Part shown: piece by piece, positions 40,682-51,600 of the stretch
Numbering within the stretch: position 1 is the first letter of the stretch
How the letters are laid out: the number at the start of each line of letters is the position of its first letter
NCBI GenBank assembly: GCA_003344405.1
Contig: NOWV01000001.1
Span: 558,001-622,000, forward strand
DNA length: 64,000 nucleotides
From: Trichoplax sp. H2
Taxonomy: Eukaryota
Direction: 5' to 3'
Made by a program: the position numbers and the translations under genes
The notes under the pieces: model-generated
The model's input: only the letters and a program-made list of their open reading frames with translations
What the model was told of the DNA's origin: nothing
Database searches by the model: none

Positions 40682-40712
40682 TATAAAGTATACGTATAGT
40701 GTATACTTTATA
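40682..40712. repeat. Inverted repeat (12-bp arms, 7-nt loop)
   Basis: TATAAAGTATAC...GTATACTTTATA read directly. Confidence 0.8.
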
Positions 40713-42683
40713 AAATCAAGCATTAAAGCAGATAAATTTAGCTCTTTCATGATTCGTAGCTGAAATGTCTAAATCATCGACTATCTTAATGTAAAGGAAT
40801 TTAAATCTCATATAGAAGATGTAGTCAGCTAATACGGTACTCTGCGAGATATTCCGTACAAACATGCTAGTATCTGTAAAATATTCGTTATCGAATTCGG
40901 TCATATAGAAGAGTAGAAACTTACAGAGTGCACATGCTTTGGTTCTAAAATCTAGTGCTAAGATCAAATAGGTTTAGCGTTTGCATCGATAATTATTAGA
41001 TCGCTGTAGAGCGTTACGCATGGTAGTATTTGTCGATTTTTGATTCGAAAATGTAGAGATTTAGAAGATTAAGCGAGAAGAAACTTACAGCATTTACATC
41101 TTCGTATGTTCAGTGCATAAAAACTAGTATCAGAATAAGCAAAACTAACACTTAGTACACTGTACGGCCGAAATTTTATGCTTGATTATCAAGGTGGATC
41201 ATTCTAAATGTCATATACAGTACAGTAAGGTGTCAACTACGTATCTGCAGAGTAAACTATTAATGCAGGTCTGTATTGACATTTTTTTCGACAATTTCAC
41301 CATCAATACTTGATGAATCGTTCTAAATGTATTTAGATATGCTAAATATTGTGCTTTATAAGATAAATACAGGCAAATCATTAAGTTTTGCCTACAGTTT
41401 ATTTGGCATCATTCATTACTTAATTCAGAATTTAATATTAACTTACAAAGTATCTTGCCTGTATGTTAATCCTGACAGGCTGGATTCATAGCAATACTAA
41501 ATATATCATAACCCACTATGCTCATGCTAGTGAATTAGCGCCCGAGGTTAGGTTTGATATATGATATAAAATTATGAGCTCATAGACCAAGTGTTTGTGC
41601 TTTAAAGGTCTTACTGCTCTCAACTGTGATTAAATATTCACACAGTAAAATGCATGAACAACAAATATCCAGTCTATTATCCACCCTGTTAAAGAGGTAA
41701 TCGATTTTATATTATTTCTTATATTCAGGAAGGTAATTTTAAATAAGGCTAAACAAATTAGCTCCCAAAAATGTCAAGTTATAATTCGTATCACTATTCA
41801 ATTTATATAGTCTAAGATTAATGATAATGCTATAGATTACTATTTACGCTCTATATGTATAACCATAAACTTTTAAAATAGAAGTACATTTACATGTAGA
41901 GTGATTTAATCTTCTGTCATTTATAGATCTTGGTTGACGTTTATCTGAATAATAATCATGAATATTAATATACTGTATTGCGGAAATGCTATGATTTTAC
42001 AATCGAGAAGGTATCATACCTAAAAGAGAAACATTATAAATAACCAACTTATGACAAATTGCGAGTGCAAATAGTAAGTCAGGCGATTGATTCTTATATT
42101 TCTTTATTTATCTCTTATCGAAAATTTTAAATATGACTAAGAGATAGTCAAAAGTAAGTAAAGCAACAAGTTGCTTTATTATATGAAAACAGTTTCCGTG
42201 CGAGGCAGAAATTATACTAAAAGTAGCGGAACAAACGCAAATAGTAGTTATTTACTACAAGCTCGTTAGTAACTGTAGAAGATTTATAACTTTACAGTAA
42301 ATCAGTAGTTATTATCAACAACTTAAAGTTATAAAATATTATGGAACAGATTGGTGATGGCTAATATTTTACGAATCACAATCATACTTACAAAGATAAC
42401 GATTTAACATATTAATTTAAATAAATTCTTTTGATGCAAACAAATATTACTGTATGTATCACTTTTCCATTCGCAAGAAATACGGTTATTGCTATTTAAA
42501 GGGCTAGATGCAATATATTCAGATAGTGCATACAGTATGTCAAAAAAGACATTTATGGATAACTTAACGTTTAACATACAGGTAAAAGAAATATACGCGT
42601 TAGAGTAACCCATAGGAATTCCATTTGTTTAAAACGATTTTACTCTAAGAGATAATTGTCCTTTGAAGTTGATAGTGGCATGT

Positions 42684-45600
42684 TTAAGTGAAGTTATACC
42701 GGTATAGTCTGTAGTAAAATAACGAAAGAATTATTCTCGAATCACTTTTAGAGGGAAGAAGTAGAATTCGACGGATACTTTACTATTAACAATTAACTCA
42801 AATATGTTTACCTTGGCAAATTAGAATCATTTCTTACTCTTGAACCACTCAGCATTTGAGAACTAGTACCCTAATAATTTAACAATATCGTCGATAATCA
42901 TTAGATAATCTACGTAACGTACCGTACTCATTCGTCTTCCTTTATCGGAAGAAAAACTAATTAAGTAGCATCTTCTATAAGTTGCATGTCATATAATATA
43001 AATCTTACTCGATTTCGAAACGATTTAATAACATGATTTGTTAACTCTGGTGGAAGTTCATAGCTACGACATAGCAAATATGCTTGTTCCATTGTGATTG
43101 CTGCCAACGTTCTATAATGCATATCAAATTGCAGTAGTATTAGTATTATCTAAGTAAGTATACGATTAAATTAATTTCATTATTTTCTTGATATGCCTAA
43201 AGATACAGAAAGACTACCTTTCCGCTCCAGAGCGGCAACCAACAATTTGTATAGCTCCTATTCTAGCTGCCGCTTCTGATGAAAGTAACAAGATGTTAGC
43301 GTTATCTTGTCCCATCGACGCATCCATGATGCACTTGTCTAGCAGTTTAATTAGCTTCTCAGCTGTATAAAGAGGACGATATAGCTGCAATCATAAAATA
43401 ACAGATTATATCTCTCGCATGTATAATTTAAACCAAATCCGATTTTATACGACAGAATATATACACATCCTTACTCTATGAAAACAGACAACTTGTGACG
43501 ATCTTGGCAAATGTTTTGTATCAAATATGGCGTTTCTATAATTGAGATTATTAGTAATTTACATGATTTAAGCGAGGTTAAACATGATTAATCGGCGCTA
43601 AAAATAAAAGAATGAAAATTACGATACGTAAACATAAACGATATCTCAACCTATAATACCACTTACTTAAATTTTCTATAATACTTGCGTAACGACTTCA
43701 ACGAGTCAGTATTAATTGCAGTTTGCATATGAATGGCTAAGGAGTTTTCCGGATCGGTTTTATCTTCAACTTTTTCTAATCCTATTTATGCGAAAATACC
43801 AGCATTTTAGTCTGGTATTTTGCAAATAGTACAAATTTACAATTGTAAAATACCATGCGTAAACAAAACCGGAGTAACTTGCACACTTTGGCCTCGCTGC
43901 AAAGCGTCTGGTAGCTTTTGGAATAAATTTTCGCCCAAGTTTATTATCACATCCAGGTCTGATCTATCTCCTTCAAATACCACTTGATATTCATCAGCTA
44001 CATTACAATATTAAATGAAGTAATTATTAGCGAAATAAAATACTCACGATATAATTAGTCATTTTGATGCTCTGAACAACAACATTTAGTATAAACTATT
44101 AAAAACTGTATCCTAAGATTAGGTGATACAAGTAGACAATTGTGGCATCTATGATATTATTTTATGTGTGCGTGCGTCTAGTAGCTTATGTCATGTTCGA
44201 TAAAATACTCATACATTTATATTTTCGGATTCTAAGTTCTGTATTTTAAATTTTAGTTTATGTAATGTATCTATTTTAGAGATACCTGTGTTGAACATAC
44301 TATCGTCCAATAATTTAAATCGAATAGCAATTTTCGAAAGATCTTGAATAGCTACCGACATATCTTCTAGCATTGCAGTTTCACTGCCCTGTAAAAGTAA
44401 GATCTGTTGTAAGATCTTATTACAGTTCTCTGACACACGAAATTTATCCCTTAACTTACTGTTCGTGATGATAATAAAGCTTGAAAGTAGACTAGTAGTC
44501 CAATTTTACTAAGTTGCTGTAACCATTTCGCACTAGTAGATTCGCTGTCGGTAGTGTATTCTTGCAAGTTATTATATATATCGTGGATAGCAGAGTATAA
44601 TTGCGAAATGAACGTAGATAATACAGCCGTTAAAGCTTGACTGAAAACCGCATCGCGTCTCTCGACACATTTTGTATCTAAAGTTATATGCAGAGCGGGT
44701 AGAGTTAATATAAGAATGCTATGAAGACAAAATTCAAATTTATCTTAAGATATAATTATAGCTTACTTTCATCGCTAAAGATGGTCATAAGTAATCGTAA
44801 TCGAACCTCTGTTAAAATAGCGGTTAAAAAAATACCGTTGGAAGATAAGTATATTTATCATTCCTTATTTTAAGTACGTAGCGACGTTAATAAACACTTT
44901 AATTTTTAGTACATATGAAGATTTAGATATATGAGTGAATGAAATCGTTTGTATTCTGCTATCGCTACAGTTTAAGTATTTGATAATATGCACCTCTTAG
45001 AGATTGCTTAAGCTTCTCTACTTTCTTATTAAAAGTCTCTATACAGTTGAAATTTTCTTCGGTATCTTTATCAGCTTGGTTAAGTAAAGCGATTAATTCC
45101 GTACTAATGGTAGTGAAGTCCCTTTTAACCTCTAAAATGATGTCCAGAAAAAATGTTAAAAGTAGATATGCTTCTATTAAGCGATAATGAATTAATTCTA
45201 TTAAGCGATAATGATAAATTATGATACATCTAATGAAATGAAGTAAGAACTTAGTGTCGTTTTGATGCTCTTAGTTGTAAGATTGATATGATTTAATAAA
45301 CTGGCATTTCCTTGTTATCCTTATAACTATTGTAATTTACCTGACAGCAGTAAAGGTCGATTAGATTCGGTTTGCTGAAAGATTAGTTTAATATGATTTG
45401 ACGATACAATAGCATTTAACTTCTCTATCATATCCATAAACGAATTGCACTTATTTCTTTCTTTTAAACCGTTATTGTCTGCGTTATCCATTTCATTGAG
45501 AAAAATCCTTATTTGGTTCAGCATATGGCGACACTTAGCAACAAAATCTTGCTTGCCACGTAATAAGCGCTAAGAAATAGTCGTACATCAATTATGCGAC

Positions 45601-48600
45601 TTAAAACAGATTATGAAATTTCGGATTTTACCTTTAAGCCGCCTGCATGGAATCCTTGCATAACACCTGATGGAATGGCCATCCCAGTCTTGGAATGGAT
45701 TGTTCGAGTAACTAGCAGTCCATCAACTGCAAAATTAGCAGTAAGATAATAGAAATTTAGGGAGTACTTATGCAATGAAATTTTAACTATTAGGTTAATG
45801 AATAGTTTTATCAGGGCATTGTTAACAGATGCTGTAAGCCATACTATGAAATAATTTGGAATTATGCACTGCTATTGCTATCAAGAATACAGATAACTGT
45901 GTAATGGATCAAAATTACCTGGATAAGTAAATTCTTTCAAATGGAGATAATCGATATCTTCCCCATTATGCGTTTCCGGTACTAATGACGGCCGGTAATT
46001 CGTAGAGCAGTAAACTTCCAGTTCATGCAAATAGCAACGCAGTGGACAGAAAGGATACCGAGCAATCAGATTATTATTCTCTTGTTTGGCTTCTCCTTGG
46101 CATTTAATGCAATTTAACGAGCTAGCAGACTACCATAAATACAGCGTAATGATTATAACGTAGTCAGAATTCTATGTACAATAATAATTTTAATTCAAGA
46201 TATTATTATGTGGTGTACTGTAAAGTTAAGCACCTCCCGATAATTATCAATCCGTTCTTTGATAGTAGAGAGGAAATTTGTATAGCTGTTAGCCCATGAT
46301 TTTGACCTTTTCTTTTGGTCACCGATTGGACTACTACTCTTAGAGGGTATAGTTTCTGCGTTACTAACACCAAGAAGTTTAGCAGCCTGTATATATACGT
46401 GAGATAATTTGGGTTACCTATCGTAATGAAACGTATAAAATTGTAACACCTAAATTTCAACAACTGCTTGTCATTGCCTTGCTCATCTGTAGTACTTGAT
46501 CCGGAAAAGCGGATGAAAATTCCATCTCAGGCGATGCTTTCTTTCTGGTTTTACTGAAGGACTTTAAAAGTTTTCGTCGTATTCCACTTTTTTCTTTATT
46601 AACCATTTCATCTGCTCCTAACAATTTCATTGCCTAAACATGTAAATTAGAAAATAAAGTTATGACATCATTTTATTTCGTAAAAAGATCTCCAGAGAAT
46701 TAACATGGTCTCTATTAAAAGGACTTTTGGACACCGCATATAGAGGATGTACAGCTGTGTATAACTTGGGTAGACTGTGTATAATATATATTTGAGAATA
46801 TAATGACTGTAGTGAAAATATAATATTCATAATATTATTCAAAAGTTTCTTTCACCTTCAACTGCTGTCGAGCTAAATCAGATTTACTGGAGTCTTCACT
46901 AGTAGAGACATCATCTTCTTTGTCATTTGGAGTAATAAATTCAACCTCAATTGATTCCAACTCTTGCAGTAAGCGCTCATCAATATAACTAAAATGATAA
47001 TACAACTGAAGAAATGCAGTAAATTAAGTAAAATGCGACTGTTAGTTTCTCAAGTTATGACTTTCACAACGACACTACGATGCAACTTCCTAACCCTAAC
47101 CTCAATCCTAATGGGGAGGCTTAGAATTTAGGTAGGAATGAAACAAAAACACTGATGTACAAATACTACATTAAATATAATTTTGCATTTTAGTAGTACA
47201 TGATTTTTCATACTTCAGCTGGTACTGATGTAGTTAAATCACTTTCGGTTACTCTTTCTTGAAGTTGACAAGGCTTCTTGTCAATTGTTAAGTATTCGTA
47301 ATTAGTAGATATTTCCGTAGACAGACTAACGACACTTGATATATCAGAATCAGAACTGAATATGCTATGATGGCGTTCTCGTGAATAGCCACTATCTTTA
47401 AGGCTTGCTTCATCACCAAGACTTTCAGCTGTATTTTCTATCAAACTGCTATAAGATCCACTGCTTATGCTACTAACTCGGCGGTAAAATTGCCTTGGCA
47501 TACTGTTGCCGGTACTCGTAGATTCAAAGCGATCTCTACTCTCCCTATCGTAAGGCATTAAGACAATAGAACATATTAAGCTAATGAGTTAGTGAAGACT
47601 TATTTTACTGATGTGAACTTCCTCAGTTACTTATTTTACAGGAATTAATACTCTACTAATAAGCTTAACAAGATAGAATTTGCCTGTCAGTATGTTATTA
47701 ACATGTGGAATTTACATGTAATGAAGTATTTTAGATTGATGTAGATTGCATTTATCTGCTACATGTTGAGTTATGAATTATAAATTTGTAACTTTATTAC
47801 TTGTATGATTCATCATCAACTTGATCGATGTCATCAAAGTAAACAGAAGATGTATCAAAACCAGTATTGTCTTCACTTATTAAACTTGTTAAGGATCGAG
47901 TTCTAAGTAATTCCGGATGTTCACTATTAAGATGAGTTGGGACTGGAATTGTTTCAACTAGGTATGTACAGATATACAGATAAATAATTAACAAAACATA
48001 TATTGAGAGTCTTCACATCAGATTAGTGTAGTAGATTAATTTAATTTTGATTTAATTTTGTATAAGCCATTCTTTATCGTATTTTACTACAATACCATCT
48101 TTTATTTCTAGTGAATCATCGGACTCAGTGGGTGAATTCTGAAGGGATGGCGCTAATGAACGAGAAAAATAACTCTCTCGAGATGGTGATCTTGATGACA
48201 GTCTAGGAGAAGCTAGATGATTGGAGTGCATTGGTATGGACAAAAAAGAATCCTTTTCCACGCTATTGGTATTGCCATAGCGATATAAAAAGAGGGGCAA
48301 AAAATATCATAATGAATATTAGTTATCGAAATTAGTAGAGAATTAGTCTAGTTCCGTGCTATAAGAGTACCTATAATCTTCAACAGGGATTATGCTTTGC
48401 AATAGGGTAATTTCATCAATGATTTTAAATTTACCGTCGTTGTCAGTCGGAGAAACATTACCACTCTCTCTATAACCAATCTCATCGGTATGGAAACGAT
48501 ATAATTGGTTGGAATCTTTAAATTGGCCACGATCGTTGACTATCAAGCCAAATTACGACACATATAAACCTCAGTACAGAACATGTATTTTGATAAACTT

Positions 48601-51600
48601 AATAAAATTGAAATGCTACCCCTACCATGTCGGAGATATTTCGTTTCGCACAACAACTGGCCTAATACACACCCTTCTTCCCTTGTGTCAACGTCGCCCT
48701 AGGAAATTTAATGTAATATTAGTTCTCAGAAATCAAAATTCTCATAAGGGATTATGCCCTAAGCAGATACTTTGCAGTAGTTTATAGTCCGATTTATATT
48801 TATATACACGTTCACGGGTGGAATACGCAAGCAGGATACGGTACAATAGATAATCTTGTTGGCTATTTCTCATATTACTTGCGCTAAAAATGCTTACTTG
48901 TTCGATTAGCCAATTAACTAACTTAATACCGGTCACAGATTGAGGGAAAACTTTCAGTTTATCCTTGTAATTTCTAAATCATTGAAATATGTAGTTACGT
49001 TATAACAAATTACGAGAATCGTCTTACACTATTGATTTAGCGAATGAATTATTGTGATGCATAGACAAAATCACTATTATTGCTACTTACTTCAATGTAG
49101 GCTTAAGCATCCCATGTAAGCGAAAGTATATTAATGCAGACTGGATATGATAAAGCAATTAATTATGAGCGCAAATGAACATTCACTTTTTTAGAAGTAC
49201 TATCGCAATAACTATTTATTTAAGCTTTGAACATGTTGCTAACAATGGATAAGGCATCCAACGGTGCGGTAGCATCTTCATATGTGCCATCATCATAGCG
49301 GAATCGATACCAATAATCATGGTTATCAAATTGAATTTGATCATCCACTGGAAGTGATGTGAATTATCAAAGGCAAGGCATTAATATCAAAGAACTTTTG
49401 ACTCTACAGGAATTTTAAACTGATTTATTTCATACCATGATGGATTAAGTTGCATTCTTGAAATGTTTGACCTAATTTAATTGCTTCTTCGACAGTAGAT
49501 GATAAATCATTTTTCATCAGCCAAGAAACAAGATCGCTTTTCAAATTAAAAATATTAAATCATCAGTGCTAAAATGATGCCGTCCAAATGCGAGTACTCT
49601 CAAATATTAGATAACTACTACAGTGTATTATTATGAGGGTGAAGAATCAGTAACCGTTCCTAAAGAGTTTTAGCATAATCACCTCCCAGTAAAGCATTTG
49701 TCTACACCAACTTTATCCTTTTTAGTTCGATAACGTATAATCGAATCACTTTCTGCATGTATTCTTTGATAGATTTGCTCGGCTAGTAAGGGAATATGTC
49801 AATACAGTAATATCATTGGAATATTCTCGAGATGTGACGTAATTTTTGATATAAAAGTTTGTTGAAGTCTATACTTAAATTAATTGCGTAGCGGTTTAAG
49901 GACTATATAAATAAACACCATTAATTTATATACTATATTAGGAATGCATTGATTCTACCTTTGATGACTAATCTCCTGGATATATATTTCTCGCGAGGTG
50001 CACTACTGCCAGCTAAATAGAAACGGAAGATATGTGGTTGCTTAAAATTATCATATAAATGATGCAAAATAGCTGAAAAATTATATAAAGACCGAAAATT
50101 TTCATATGCGATATTTCGGTAACTAACTTGCATTAGGTCGCTTAGCATTTATGCTTGTTAAAGCCTCTAACCATAAATTCTTTTCTTCTTGAGAACTTGC
50201 ATAAACTGTTATCCACTTGCCTTTTGACATATTATATATTTTCCAGGCGTTATATACCGGTTTATGGTTACCAAGCTTATCTAGAACTAAAAACGTTATA
50301 ATAAAATAGCAAATTAGCCTTGCGAATCTTGCCAATGCAGAAGAACATCAGATATGAGACGTTAGAATGACACATGTCTACTGTTTAGTATGACATTTAG
50401 TTATTTCTAAATAATCAAAATTGGTGAAATCAGGCTTATAAACACCTTTGCCATCCTTTACGCTTTCTATATTCATCCCCCGTGTCATAATTTTACCGCG
50501 ATAAGTATATTCTGTAGCACCCAACGTTACTATAATTTACGGTAATTTTATATGATTTAAGCTTGCAAATTTTGAGTGTTTAGACATTTATGATGATGCA
50601 AGTTATCAACTTTTCTTACCGTTAGCAACACGTTGAGATAGGCTTCAAGCAATAGGAAGAAAAAAAATATTTAATTCAGAATCAAGGTAGGACCACAGAA
50701 TTTAAGTTCACAGTCAAGTAACGCGCTAAGTTTAACCGGTAGTGCGAAAATCATTGCATTTTCGTTCAACTGCAGTAATTCCAATATAGTGTTGCATATA
50801 CACCATAGAGAACGTTTAAAAGTTATAGCAGTTTGTTTCAGTGCTTAAAATATTCTGATATTAATAAAATCTAAGGTATAACTAGATCTGCTGTATTAGG
50901 TAATGGAAGAAAGGGTAAACTTTTCAAAAAGTAACTCAGCTGATACTTAGATTCCGGATAATTTCCGCTAAATCGCTAGTGAATGGTAAATCATTCCCTC
51001 ACCTTCTACTTTCCTTTTTACAACATATTAATTGCTTCTTAAATAAAATAAAATAAAGTTCTTCAGCTCCATGGGGTGTCAATTTCATTAAAGATCCTTT
51101 TTTCAGTATTTTAACCTCTTTTTTACTAAAATCCAATCCCTACAAAGTTCATGGTATAGTCAGGGTTTTTCATATCTACAATTCATATCTTAAATGTATA
51201 ATTTTTAGCTGATATACATATTGATTCTTAGGATATTACAAATGACATTATAAATTGCCATTATTGCTACGGTTTAAGCTTTAGCGCGATTATTATCGCG
51301 GTAGATTTGTTGTAGTGTTCCTCGCTTTTATAGCTAGTTTGGAGGCTGAATTGTATGGTACAATATTCACCATACAATAAACTCACCGTCCACCCTTTTA
51401 TAGAGGCAACCAACTCTTCAAGGGACTCTAATTCTTCCAGTTGTCGCTTTATCTCGTTGACTTCTGAGCAAACATTTTTAATTTCCTGAAATGTATCTAG
51501 TACCGTTTGGTAGTCTACGTGACTTTCAGGCGTTTGCCTTAGTAGCTCCTAAAACAAATAATAGCAATATAATTACCGCTCTAAAAATGTTATAAATAAT

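Noticed and set aside
48626-48698. Suspected frameshift in a P-Rex DEP2 exon
   Set aside because: Re-reading the bases gives CETKYLRH in frame; there is no frameshift.
43188-48787. + strand ORFs antisense to P-Rex exons (43188-43370, 48509-48787), and similar shadow ORFs over the XKR genes
   Set aside because: Explained as antisense or alternate-frame shadows of real exons.
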